A DNA stretch of 64,000 nucleotides from contig JADZEO010000010.1 of the NCBI GenBank assembly GCA_020850475.1, positions 33,411-97,410 on the forward strand, written 5' to 3'. Below, in pieces: positions 37,899 through 46,850 of the stretch. The translations under genes were made by a program, and so were the position numbers. Positions within the stretch are counted from its first letter, which is position 1. Each line of letters opens with the position of its first letter. Origin of the DNA: Bdellovibrionales bacterium (GTDB lineage: Bacteria; Bdellovibrionota; Bdellovibrionia; Bdellovibrionales; UBA1609). The notes under the pieces were generated by a model. It did no database searches. It was not told the DNA's origin and was given only the letters and a program-made list of their open reading frames with translations.

Positions 37899-39181
37899 AA
37901 CCACACTTCCGCTTGAAAGCCGTAAGCTGCGCCGCTGGTGCGATCAGCATAAGCGGGAGCGCCGGTGGCGATCATGGTTTTGTTTTCTTTATTCCACCAG
38001 CTTTGGGTATAGAAAGCTCTAAGCACGGGGCGGCCCCAGACACTACGGCTCACGGCCAACTGGGGAGCGATCGTCGCGCGAAACAAAGTGCGAGAACCCA
38101 GAGGATCACCGGCACCATCGACTTCACTCTCGACTTCGATTTGCGATGCACCGAGTACCCCTGTCAAATGCACATGATCAGTAACAAAGAAAATCGGCTG
38201 TACTCCCAAAGCCGACCAAGTTCCGCCGCTCTTGGTGGCGGCCCCGGTGTCCCACTGTTCATGTGACGCCATCACCTGCCAAGCCCAGCGTGAGCCGGCC
38301 TCTTCATGAGCCCAGTGGTCAGCGAGGCGTACGCGCTGAGCTTTATCTTGCGTACTCGTTCCTTCAATGGGGGCCGAGTCTCCCGTGAGATCGAGAGACT
38401 GCATGAGACCTTGCCCGGCAATGAGTACAATTTCGTTAAAACCCTGCCCGAGCTTTTGATGAAACTTGGTTCCAAGTACGTAGCCCGTGGCTTTTTCATA
38501 AACCGTTGCGCCACTGGTGCCATTGGGAGAATGCGCATAGCCCAGCCAAAAAGCCAAATCAGAGGTTTCACCCACTTTGATGTCTGACAGTCGCACATCC
38601 CATAAAGTCAGACCATGGCGGCCGACATCGGAGGAGATCGTATCGTGAATTTGGCGGAGTTGTGCAACTGCCAACTTGCCAAACCCGACTGGAATTTCCT
38701 CGATCCCCGCGCCATTTCCGGCGGTGTCACCGTAGTACCACCAGTCATTCATATAAATATTAGGTCCCCGATAAAAACGCTTTCCGATCCAAAAAGTGTA
38801 AGGAGTGTCGTGCACCCTTCCGCCTTGGGCGAAGGCTTCCGTGACATGAATTTCTTCGCTCGAGCCTTCGTATGACTTGTGGCCGGGCGAAATATAGGCC
38901 AGCGTAACCACGCCCTTAAAAAAGGGATCGGCTTCGCCACCGCGTAGCTGGTGCGCCGTGAGCGTCGCCTCGCCATAAATGCCGCACTCGTTTCCTAAGC
39001 GAAACTCATTGCCACTGGAACCACTGTTTTTAAAACACTGTTGGTCGCCACCCAAAGAGTTGGTAGCGGTGCCAGCGCGGAAGTATCCCGTGTATTCAAA
39101 ATTTTCCGAGGGAATCGCTTGGGCACCAATAGCCAAAGACAAAACAATACTGAGCAGTGAACTGCGAATTACGAAATTCAT
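37895..39181 (-). CDS. lamB: LamB-family carbohydrate porin (maltoporin-like)
   Basis: YTGYFRAGTATNSLGGDQQCFKNSGSSGNEFRLGNECGIYGE and FWIGKRFYRGPNIYMNDWWYYGDTAGNGAGIEEIPVGFGKLAVA closely parallel E. coli LamB. C-terminus is FQAEVWF. Confidence 0.85.
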   Translation of the reverse strand: MNFVIRSSLLSIVLSLAIGAQAIPSENFEYTGYFRAGTATNSLGGDQQCFKNSGSSGNEFRLGNECGIYGEATLTAHQLRGGEADPFFKGVVTLAYISPGHKSYEGSSEEIHVTEAFAQGGRVHDTPYTFWIGKRFYRGPNIYMNDWWYYGDTAGNGAGIEEIPVGFGKLAVAQLRQIHDTISSDVGRHGLTLWDVRLSDIKVGETSDLAFWLGYAHSPNGTSGATVYEKATGYVLGTKFHQKLGQGFNEIVLIAGQGLMQSLDLTGDSAPIEGTSTQDKAQRVRLADHWAHEEAGSRWAWQVMASHEQWDTGAATKSGGTWSALGVQPIFFVTDHVHLTGVLGASQIEVESEVDGAGDPLGSRTLFRATIAPQLAVSRSVWGRPVLRAFYTQSWWNKENKTMIATGAPAYADRTSGAAYGFQAEVWF

Positions 39182-39207
39182 TGATAGGTCTTCCTTGTTG
39201 AAGTTGC

Positions 39208-39235
39208 AAAAAAAATCGGAGATTGGGAAATCTCC
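39208..39235 (-). terminator. Rho-independent terminator (stem GGAGATT/AATCTCC, then 8 U on the minus strand)
   Basis: Read directly. It lies downstream of gene 39324..39845 and only 27 nt upstream of the porin start codon. Confidence 0.7.
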
Positions 39236-39323
39236 AATTGGCGCGGAATCTAGCCCAACAAAAGAAGTCGGTAAATAACAGATTGGAGCTGGTGGGTTGC
39301 GTTAGCTAAAGGCGTCGGCGATA

Positions 39324-39845
39324 TCAGCGCGTGGGTTTGATTCCCATAAATGGTTCATCGGTTGGCGTACGGCCAACGAACATCGGCGTGCCGAGGCCGC
39401 GTCTCTCCCAAATGAGATAGAGAGTGCCTTCCATTACCGATGAAATTCCGGTGCGACTGCTGTTGAGAGTCACGATGCGACCGCGCAAAACATTGCGGTC
39501 CATTTCATGCGAGGTTTTGGCGTCCACCACCATCGGCAAAAGACCAAATTCAATCGATGTACTGTCGGTATACATGACTTGAAGAATTTGAAAGTCATGA
39601 ATGGATTCATTAATTGCTCTCGACGAGTGAATACAAACTACCGAAATTTGCCGGGTGGGACCATCAATACCGGTATTGAGCCCATTGCTCACGCAGGTCC
39701 GGTACAGAACCGGTTCTTCTTTGCGCTGATCACTTCCGTAGAGGCGGGACCAGTCGGTGCTAACAATGCCACCCGAAGCGAAAGCTGTGAATGAGTACCA
39801 AATGACTAACACTAAGGCCGATGTCGTCTTCGCCAACAAATGCAT
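39324..39845 (-). CDS. Hypothetical secreted protein
   Basis: Signal-peptide-like N-terminus MHLLAKTTSALVLVIWYSFTAFA. No family recognised. Confidence 0.45.
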   Translation of the reverse strand: MHLLAKTTSALVLVIWYSFTAFASGGIVSTDWSRLYGSDQRKEEPVLYRTCVSNGLNTGIDGPTRQISVVCIHSSRAINESIHDFQILQVMYTDSTSIEFGLLPMVVDAKTSHEMDRNVLRGRIVTLNSSRTGISSVMEGTLYLIWERRGLGTPMFVGRTPTDEPFMGIKPTR

Positions 39846-39991
39846 ATTGATCTTCCCTTATGTCGCTCCCGGGTGGGATCCCGATGAGACTGCCCTTTAT
39901 ACACCAAACCCTAACCCGGGAACCAGCGATCACTCGTGGGGCGGGCAGTAATTACAGGAGTGTCAAAAAAGATAACAGGGTCGGCGGCGCC

Positions 39992-41137
39992 CTACCGGGG
40001 CGGAATGGTCGTTACAAAGCGATTAACGGGCCCGTCCACCTTGAATATAACGGCCGGCTTTTCGGCGTTTCGATCAGAATTAAGACTGATCGTACCTGTA
40101 ACGCCCTGGAACCCTTTGGTTTCAGCAATCTGAGTGCGCACTTCAGATCGGGTCGTTGATTTTGAAGCGGCAAGAGCTCGGGCGAGAATATGGGTGGCGT
40201 CGTAGGCCATGGCCGCGAAACTATCTGGTCGCTCCTGATAGCGTTCACGATAGAGGTCGACAAATTCCTTCACCTTGGGCTCTGAGGACTCGGAACTAAA
40301 ATGGCTCGAAAAATAGCTGCCGTTAACGGCCTCTCTTGCAATCTCGAACAGCTTGGAAGAATCCCAGCCATCGCCGCCGAGCAAATGAGCCTTTAGACCC
40401 ATTTTACGAATTTGGCGGGCAATGAGGGCGACGTCGGGATAATAGCCTGGGATGAAGATCGCTGCCGGAGCCACCGAACGAATGTGAGAGAGTTGTTCTC
40501 GAAAGTCCGAATCCCCAGCCACAAACTCTTCTTCGGCGACGATTTCACCGCCCAGGCCGGAAAAGGTTTTTGAAAAATACTCGGCCAATCCCATGCTGTA
40601 CTCGGACTTGCGATCTCTGAGGATGGCCACCTTGCCGACTTTTAAATGATTGTGGGCAAATTGGGCCATCACATAGCCTTGAAAGGGATCGATAAAACAA
40701 ACCCGAAAAATATAGTCACCGGCTTCCGTCACCCGGGGATTCGTGGAACTGGGACTGATCATCGGAATTTGCTTTTTCTGCGCAATCGGAGCAGCGGCCA
40801 AGGAAAGTTGGCTTGCTGCCTGCCCAATGATAGCGACGACGTTTTCTTGGTCGGCCAATTCACCCACGACTTGTTTGGCAACTTCTGGGTTGCCCTTATC
40901 GTCTTTGATCACCAATTTGAGGGTTCGACCTTTGACTCCACCCTGGGAGTTGATCTGGTCAATGGCCATCTCTAAGCCCTTGCGAGTGCTACTGCTAAAC
41001 GAGGTTTCCGTTCCGGTCAGTGAGAGGTAGGCGCCAATAACGAGGTCAGAAGAGTCGGTATCGGATTGCTTGTCCCAACAAGCAGATGCCATAATGCTCA
41101 TGGCGACGACTAAGCTAATTCGAACAACATTTTTCAC
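39992..41137 (-). CDS. Periplasmic substrate-binding lipoprotein, LivK/branched-chain amino acid type (no cognate permease/ATPase in the window)
   Basis: Lipobox (MASAC). Type-I PBP pattern (IGAYLSLTGTETSFSSSTRKGLEMAIDQINSQGGVKGRTLKLVIKDDKGNPE). Confidence 0.8.
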   Translation of the reverse strand: MKNVVRISLVVAMSIMASACWDKQSDTDSSDLVIGAYLSLTGTETSFSSSTRKGLEMAIDQINSQGGVKGRTLKLVIKDDKGNPEVAKQVVGELADQENVVAIIGQAASQLSLAAAPIAQKKQIPMISPSSTNPRVTEAGDYIFRVCFIDPFQGYVMAQFAHNHLKVGKVAILRDRKSEYSMGLAEYFSKTFSGLGGEIVAEEEFVAGDSDFREQLSHIRSVAPAAIFIPGYYPDVALIARQIRKMGLKAHLLGGDGWDSSKLFEIAREAVNGSYFSSHFSSESSEPKVKEFVDLYRERYQERPDSFAAMAYDATHILARALAASKSTTRSEVRTQIAETKGFQGVTGTISLNSDRNAEKPAVIFKVDGPVNRFVTTIPPR

Positions 41138-41175
41138 TACGCCATCAACTCCACACCAAGTTCACACAGTACCAT

Positions 41176-41355
41176 TGCAGCTTCAAAGTTACTTGTTTCG
41201 AGATTTAATTATTTGTCCGAATCTTCGCCGTCGCGCGGGGCGTATCCGGGTTGCGGTGGCCCGCAGGGCTAACGCAATCCGAAGACGAGCCTGCGGCCGA
41301 TAAGGCGCGTGAGGACGAATAATTAAATCTCGAAACAAGTAACTTTGAAGTTGTA
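41176..41355 (+). repeat. Long inverted repeat / predicted structured RNA of about 180 nt (38-bp arms 41181-41218 and 41313-41350 with one T.G position; 5 further pairs outside; GC-rich imperfect inner hairpin with apex at 41263-41265)
   Basis: Read directly. All 5 non-Watson-Crick pairs I found in the stems are G.U on the plus-strand transcript and would be A.C on the minus. No U tract follows on either strand. Confidence 0.7.
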
Positions 41356-41428
41356 TTAACAACTGGTGAAGATGAGGTCAAATGTGGCGCAGTGATATCC
41401 GGTTCTATGTGTCATTCGAGGCGCGGCA

Positions 41429-42418
41429 CTAACGGAGGCGGTCCACCAAGTCCAAATATCCCTGGGGAATGACCTTGCGCTGAGCGAGGCACTGGCTCAT
41501 ATCGAGGTTGATGAGCTGGCCGTTACGGACACCCGCCATGACGTCACACACCCCTTGGTGAAGAAGGTCGACGGCATGGGCCCCAAGGCGGCTTCCCAAG
41601 ATGCGATCCGCGGCCGTCGGCGCACCACCTCTTTGAATGTGTCCCAAGATACAAACTTTGGCTTCAAACCCGGATTTCTTCCGAATCGATTCCGCGAGAT
41701 CATAAGCCCGCCCCGGCTTCTGTCCCTCCGCCGCAATGAGGATACTGGAGGTCTTTCCCCCCTTGACCCCGGCCTGAATTTTGTCGATCACGGCCTCAAC
41801 CGGGAGGGGAGATTCAGGAATAAAAACAGCTTCGGCTCCACCGGCAAGCCCCACATCCAGAGCGATAAAGCCCGAGTTGCGACCCATCACCTCAACGATA
41901 AACAGGCGGTCATGGCTAGCGGCGGTGTCGCGAATGCGGTCAATGGCTTCGAGTGCCGTGTTGACCGCCGTATCAAAGCCAATCGTGACGTCCGTACCAT
42001 AAATATCATTGTCGATGGTGCCCGGAACACCGACGTAGGGAATGCCCTGTTCCTTCCACAATAGGTGAGCTCCAGTGAAAGAACCATCACCGCCGATACA
42101 AACGAGAGCTTGGATCCCGCGAGCGCGAAGGTGATCGGCGGCCTTTTGTCGCTGCTCGGGCTGATGGAACTCCGGACTTCGCCCCGTTTTGATGAAGGTT
42201 CCGCCTCGCTGAATGGTATTGGCAACGCTGCGCAAGTTAAGAGGCGCAAATTCGCCTTTGAGCATTCCCTTGTAGCCTTGCAGAACGGCCTCGATCTCAA
42301 GTTTTGATGAAATCGCCGCCCTCACCACAGAGCGAATGGCCGCATTCATCCCAGGAGCATCGCCGCCACTGGTGAAAACGCCAATTTTTTTGAGGGAACT
42401 GGAGTTAAATTGGGCCAT
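41429..42418 (-). CDS. pfkA: ATP-dependent 6-phosphofructokinase
   Basis: KKIGVFTSGGDAPGMNAAIR, GGDGS and PGTIDND motifs. 329 aa. Confidence 0.93.
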   Translation of the reverse strand: MAQFNSSSLKKIGVFTSGGDAPGMNAAIRSVVRAAISSKLEIEAVLQGYKGMLKGEFAPLNLRSVANTIQRGGTFIKTGRSPEFHQPEQRQKAADHLRARGIQALVCIGGDGSFTGAHLLWKEQGIPYVGVPGTIDNDIYGTDVTIGFDTAVNTALEAIDRIRDTAASHDRLFIVEVMGRNSGFIALDVGLAGGAEAVFIPESPLPVEAVIDKIQAGVKGGKTSSILIAAEGQKPGRAYDLAESIRKKSGFEAKVCILGHIQRGGAPTAADRILGSRLGAHAVDLLHQGVCDVMAGVRNGQLINLDMSQCLAQRKVIPQGYLDLVDRLR

Positions 42419-42448
42419 ATCGGTTCACAATATGGACCATTTTAGGGC

Positions 42449-42492
42449 AAAAAAAAAGGACCAATTTCGCTAGAAACTGGTCCCGTTTTTTT
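42449..42492 (-). terminator. Bidirectional rho-independent terminator (A9 - GGACCA...TGGTCC - T7)
   Basis: Read directly, 17 nt downstream of the hup stop. A T/A tract lies on both sides. Confidence 0.75.
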
Positions 42493-42508
42493 CATTCAAA
42501 AGAATGAA

Positions 42509-42781
42509 TTAGCGGACGTTTTGTTTGAATTCTGCGCCCGGACGGAATTTGGGGTACCATCCAGCCGGAATTTTGATTGCTTTGCCCGTTTGCGGGTTGC
42601 GGCCCGTGCGAGCTTTACGCTTGGTCTTGGTGAAAGTTCCAAAACCGACCAATTTGACGTCATCGCCTTTTTTGACGGACTTCAAAACCATATCGATGGT
42701 TGCATCCAATACGCGCTCAGTTTGAGCTTTGGTCATTTGTGTTGCTTCAGCGACTTTTTCGATAAGTTGCGCTTTGTTCAT
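42509..42781 (-). CDS. hup: Nucleoid-associated DNA-binding protein HU
   Basis: MNKAQLIEKVAE...VKLVGFGTF....RKARTGRNPQTGK.I.IPA is the classic HU/IHF fold sequence. 90 aa. Confidence 0.93.
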   Translation of the reverse strand: MNKAQLIEKVAEATQMTKAQTERVLDATIDMVLKSVKKGDDVKLVGFGTFTKTKRKARTGRNPQTGKAIKIPAGWYPKFRPGAEFKQNVR

Positions 42782-42830
42782 TCTCTGTTACTCCCGTTGA
42801 ATAACTAGGTTGGTGAATAATTGTAGAGAA

Positions 42831-42859
42831 ATTGAACTGTTTATTGATCCTAGGGTCAA
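42831..42859 (-). promoter_or_regulatory. Possible sigma-70-type promoter for hup (TTGACC-N17-TTCAAT)
   Basis: Read on the minus strand about 50 nt upstream of the hup ATG. The -10 element is weak. Confidence 0.3.
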
Positions 42860-42960
42860 CTTTTTTTTAAGGCGATACCAAAAAGAAATCTGTGTTCAGG
42901 TGAAAGCCGCTCGCGGCAAGCGCTTGGGCGGACGCATTATATTTTCGCAAAAGCCACCAA

Positions 42961-43170
42961 CTATTGATCATCAACGGGATTGTCTTCGTCACCTGGGGAG
43001 TTCTCTATTTCGGTTGGCGCCGAGGGTTCTTCGCTGGGAATAGTGTATTTTTCGTCGGCCCATTGACCCAGATCCAAGAGTTGGCAACGTTTTGAGCAGA
43101 ATGGACGATAGGGATTTTGCGATGAGAATTCACAAGATTTTCCACATCGCGGGCAGTCGACGGTTGTCAT
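42961..43170 (-). CDS. yacG: Zinc-ribbon DNA gyrase inhibitor YacG
   Basis: CPRCGK...[14 protein letters not shown] matches YacG. Start taken at the internal Met [11 protein letters not shown]. Confidence 0.8.
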   Translation of the reverse strand: MTTVDCPRCGKSCEFSSQNPYRPFCSKRCQLLDLGQWADEKYTIPSEEPSAPTEIENSPGDEDNPVDDQ

Positions 43171-43224
43171 GGCGTTTGACTTAACCGCCCGCTGAAATCC
43201 TGTCAATTGTGAATCTGCCTCAAC

Positions 43225-43941
43225 TTAACGTGAAACTTCCGAGTAGGCGAACTCACCGCTCTTATACATCAAGCGAACGCGGAAGCGGTTCCCAATGGTT
43301 CCGTCCGCGTTCATGGTACCGGTGCCATCGGCAATTACGCGGATGACATCATTGTATGCGGGAGTCATCCCGTAACCCGTGCGGCGCAGTTCAAAGCCGG
43401 AGTTGTTGTTAATGGGATCGAAACTCCCGTTAACCGAAATCGGCACGCCACCGTAGTAATATGAGTAATCCGAATAGGCAACGATGGTCGCGGCACCATA
43501 GACGGGTGGTTTGTTGCCAACAGTTTCAAGATAAAGGAAGCCGTAGCTATCCCAAGAGTCACAGTTCGCGGCTCCCCAGTTCCAACCGATGACGATCGGG
43601 TTACAGACCTGAGCATACTCTTCAAGAAAGTCGCGGTAGAGACCGGGGTTGGTGATCACCATGCGACCGGTCCAAATCAGACCAAAAGTTCCGAAGTTGT
43701 TGTTGGGAATGCCACCCTGAATTTGCACACATTGGCGAGTGGTGGGATCAACACCGTAACCGGCCTGGGCGCACTGTTGGAGACAGGCATTGTGAGCCGG
43801 TGACCAAATAGAACCAACACCGCAAGACTGCGGGGTCACCGCCGGGGTGCCGGACTTCTTCTTCTTTTCTCCACAGCCGACGCCAATACTCAGCAATACC
43901 GCGATAGCGCTGACGACGAGAAGTTGGTAAAAGGCTTTCAT
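43225..43941 (-). CDS. Hypothetical lipoprotein
   Basis: Signal peptide plus lipobox (SIGVGC) followed by a Lys-rich linker. No family recognised. Confidence 0.5.
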   Translation of the reverse strand: MKAFYQLLVVSAIAVLLSIGVGCGEKKKKSGTPAVTPQSCGVGSIWSPAHNACLQQCAQAGYGVDPTTRQCVQIQGGIPNNNFGTFGLIWTGRMVITNPGLYRDFLEEYAQVCNPIVIGWNWGAANCDSWDSYGFLYLETVGNKPPVYGAATIVAYSDYSYYYGGVPISVNGSFDPINNNSGFELRRTGYGMTPAYNDVIRVIADGTGTMNADGTIGNRFRVRLMYKSGEFAYSEVSR

Positions 43942-44120
43942 GTTCGTCTCCTTGGGCCTCTAGGCCTCAGCCGGGACTGAGTTCAAAATTGACAGTCCAC
44001 GCCTTGAACCAAGGAATTTCACTTCCTGTACCAGCTCAAATCGAAATAATCGGGATTAGGCTCTCGTCAAAAGTTAGACAATGAGGAAATTGTTACTCAA
44101 GGTGACAAAAACCGTCGCCT

Positions 44121-44211
44121 CGAAAGGTGCCTGCTACTTTTGGTGAATGCGCCTTTGCAACCGGCTAGGCATTGCCCACATACATTCGCCAAAAGTAGCA
44201 GGCACCTTTCG
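44121..44211. repeat. 29-bp inverted repeat (one T.G position) with a 33-nt spacer; the right arm is followed by a direct duplication of GGCACCTTTCGAA
   Basis: Arms 44121-44149 and 44183-44211, read directly. It lies 16 nt beyond the stop of the VWA gene; on the minus strand GGTTTTTG follows about 8 nt after the stem. Confidence 0.8.
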
Positions 44212-44226
44212 AAGGCACCTTTCGAA

Positions 44227-45465
44227 TTACTCGAGGCAGACGTAGTCCACGCGAACATTGGTTCCCTCGGGTAAGGGCGGATTAAAGTAGACCTTGTTAC
44301 CCGATACGGTCGGAGTTGACCCGGAATTGGGAGTAATAATGATGGCCTCAACGCTCTCAGGTGCGCACCTTAGACTGACTGAGCGCAGGGATTTGACCGT
44401 GCGTTGGCCAATGGCGGTCAGTTGATTCGCGTAATCCCCGAGGCAAATATTGGCTTTTTCAGCATCGGTAATGTCGCTCAGAATCTGCACGACGTGGCCG
44501 TAAAAAGCCGGGTGGTCTTTGTCCTGAGCATCATAGCAGGCGCGATCATCACGCAAAATGCCGATGCTATGACCGGTAAAGGGCTTCTGCGGCCACTTCT
44601 GTTGAATTCGGGCCAAGAGCGTCTCAGGGTTATTGTTCGGCGTCAGCGCTCGGAATTGATCCGTATAGAGTTTGAGGTTGCGGCCCGGGTAGGGAGCGCC
44701 CACATCGTTGGTGGTTTGGCAGCGGCCGGCACAACTATTCTCGTCTTCGTCAGAGAGTACCACCATCGCTAAAGCGGCATCGGAACGAAAGCACTCGGCG
44801 TTGTCGGTGCGGTCGATGGCCAAGAGTCCGGCGTGGACCGGTTGCTCATAACCACTGCCTAAGCCAAAGTCCCACAAAGCCAAAGTCTTGAGCGTATCGG
44901 CGAAGTACTTTTTGGCATTGGGATTATCTTTGCGCAAAACCTTGGAGCCGATGGGAGTAAAGTTGAGCAGCGATTCGTTGTTGTACCATTCGCGAACGGC
45001 CCCGGCATCGGGTTTTACCGCACCTGTTCCATCGACGACGTGAGTGAGAGTATAGCAAATCTGCCAGTCAACATTATTGTTGTTGAGTACATCAATGAGG
45101 TTTCCCAGGCGTTGCGCGAGTTTTTTATGTTCAGGCGCCATGGAACCGCTATTATCAAGAATCATTAACAAGTCGACCTTGTTGGGCGCAACGGGAATAG
45201 AAAAGTTAGAAGTATAATGTACCGGAAACTTCGGTTGATCGCAGTTCTCTCCATAGCAGGGTTCGCAGCGAGTGCCCTCGCAGAACTGCGGGCAGTTGGG
45301 CTCTTCGCAGTCGGGATTGATACCGGTGCTGATGCGAGCAGGATCGCTTTCCGCGACCTTGGAGAATCTTGCGGCTGAGCAGGCGTTGAAAGCCACGCCC
45401 AGAGCGAGTCCGCCGCCCATCAAAATAGCCACGAAGAAGAATTTCTTGTATTGAGACGAAAGCAT
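44227..45465 (-). CDS. VWA-domain lipoprotein with Cys-rich N-terminal module (paralog 1)
   Basis: Lipobox (AFNAC). CEEPNCPQFCEGTRCEPCYGENC module. MIDAS-type DNSGSM after a beta strand (VDLLMILDNSGSM). Collinear with 45594..46817. Confidence 0.75.
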   Translation of the reverse strand: MLSSQYKKFFFVAILMGGGLALGVAFNACSAARFSKVAESDPARISTGINPDCEEPNCPQFCEGTRCEPCYGENCDQPKFPVHYTSNFSIPVAPNKVDLLMILDNSGSMAPEHKKLAQRLGNLIDVLNNNNVDWQICYTLTHVVDGTGAVKPDAGAVREWYNNESLLNFTPIGSKVLRKDNPNAKKYFADTLKTLALWDFGLGSGYEQPVHAGLLAIDRTDNAECFRSDAALAMVVLSDEDENSCAGRCQTTNDVGAPYPGRNLKLYTDQFRALTPNNNPETLLARIQQKWPQKPFTGHSIGILRDDRACYDAQDKDHPAFYGHVVQILSDITDAEKANICLGDYANQLTAIGQRTVKSLRSVSLRCAPESVEAIIITPNSGSTPTVSGNKVYFNPPLPEGTNVRVDYVCLE

Positions 45466-45493
45466 CCGGTTCACCCCTTCATGTTCCCTAATA

Positions 45494-45509
45494 CCCAAAT
45501 ACAGTGCCA
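45494..45509 (-). promoter_or_regulatory. Sigma-54-like element TGGCAC-N5-TTGGG (non-canonical GG at -13/-12)
   Basis: Read on the minus strand about 28 nt upstream of the ATG at 45465. The same architecture sits upstream of the paralog, while the surrounding sequence differs. Confidence 0.4.
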
Positions 45510-45593
45510 TCGTCCGCTCAATAGAGAGCCGATGGCCGGTGCCCACCTGTTAAAGTTGGGAAAATTGAAAATAAGTTGAACAGCCTACGTTCT

Positions 45594-46817
45594 CTATTCG
45601 AGACAAGTATAGTCGACGCGGACGTTGGTTCCTTCAGGGAGAGGCGGTGTGAAGTACACCTTGTTACCCTCTACGTGTGGAACGGAACTCAGTGTGTTTG
45701 GTGTAATCACGATGTCTTTGACTGCCTGAGGAGCACAGCGAAGTGTCACTGAGCCCAACGAACTGACGGTGCGCTGACCAATGGCCGTTAACTGTGAGCC
45801 GTAGTCGTCGGCGCAAATGGTGCCCTTAATGCCGTTGGTGATATCGCTGAGCGTTTGAATAACGTGACCATAAAAAGCCGGATAGGCTTTATCTTGGGCA
45901 TCATAACAAGCGCGGTCATTGCGCAGGATCGAGATCGTGTGACCGGTAAATGGTTTTTGCGGCCACTTGGCTTGCACCCTTTGCACCAAAGTATCTGGGT
46001 TGTCGTTTTGATTCAGCGGTCGATACTGGTTCGTATAGTCGGTCAAGGGGCGTCCCGGATATGGGCCCCCAATGTCAGTTACTGATTTGCAACGAGCGCC
46101 GCAGCTTTTTTCATCTTCGTCCGAGAGAATCACCATAGAAAGGGCGGCATCGGGACGGAAGCACACATCATTGCCGGCTTTGTCGACAGCGAGGAGGCCA
46201 GCGGCGATCGCCTGTTCGTTACCGCTGCCACCGCCAAAATCCCAAACCGCTAGAGTTTTCAACGAGTCGCCAAAATACTTTTTGGCGTTGAGTGTATTCT
46301 TGGTCAATACCTTGGAGCCGATGGGCGAAAAATTGAGACCAGTGGTGTTGTTGTAAAAGTCGCGAATGGCGCCCGCATCACTCTTGGTTCGGCCATCGCC
46401 ATCCACCACGTGGGTGAGCGTATAACAAAGTTGCCAATCGACACCGTTGGCATTGAGCACGTCAATGAGGTTCTCCAAACGCTGAGAGAGTTTTTGATGT
46501 TCCGGTTCCATGGAACCGCTATTATCAACAACCATCAAGACGTCGACCTTTTTAGTTGAAACAGGCACCGTAAAAGTAGATGAGTAATCGACTGGATTTT
46601 TAGGTTGATTGCAATCACTTCCGTAGCAGGGCTGACAGCGCGGCCCCTCGCAGAACTGAGGACAATCAGGACCCGTGCAATCGGGGTTTACTCCCGTTGC
46701 CACTTGGCTCGGATCAGGCGTAGAAAATTTAACGTCCGAACAGGCGTTAAACGTCGAACTGGTTAGGAATAATCCGCCCGCAATGAGCAGTGTGGAGAAA
46801 ATCCGTTTTCTATGCAC
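45594..46817 (-). CDS. VWA-domain lipoprotein with Cys-rich N-terminal module (paralog 2)
   Basis: GTG at 46817 with GGAGG 6 nt upstream (the track ORF extends to 46835). Lipobox (TFNAC), CTGPDCPQFCEGPRCQPCYGSDC, VDVLMVVDNSGSM. By eye roughly two-thirds identical to paralog 1, including the identical ending ...PPLPEGTNVRVDY.CLE. Confidence 0.75.
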   Translation of the reverse strand: MHRKRIFSTLLIAGGLFLTSSTFNACSDVKFSTPDPSQVATGVNPDCTGPDCPQFCEGPRCQPCYGSDCNQPKNPVDYSSTFTVPVSTKKVDVLMVVDNSGSMEPEHQKLSQRLENLIDVLNANGVDWQLCYTLTHVVDGDGRTKSDAGAIRDFYNNTTGLNFSPIGSKVLTKNTLNAKKYFGDSLKTLAVWDFGGGSGNEQAIAAGLLAVDKAGNDVCFRPDAALSMVILSDEDEKSCGARCKSVTDIGGPYPGRPLTDYTNQYRPLNQNDNPDTLVQRVQAKWPQKPFTGHTISILRNDRACYDAQDKAYPAFYGHVIQTLSDITNGIKGTICADDYGSQLTAIGQRTVSSLGSVTLRCAPQAVKDIVITPNTLSSVPHVEGNKVYFTPPLPEGTNVRVDYTCLE

Positions 46818-46850
46818 TTCTAGCCTCCAGAACACCCCAATCCAAATACT

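Noticed and set aside
37440-37904. Full-length antisense ORF opposite gene 37431..37898. Similar long shadow ORFs include 5331..5981, 6027..6584, 12569..13321, 47736..48347, 53386..53880 and 62889..63437.
   Set aside because: All are antisense to genes with clear family motifs or signal peptides. Their compositions are Arg/Gly/His-rich, as is typical of reverse-frame artefacts in GC-biased coding DNA.
44097-44351. Track ORF 44097..44351 (-)
   Set aside because: It spans the 29-bp inverted repeat and the 3' end of the VWA gene out of frame, so it is an artefact of the repeat region.
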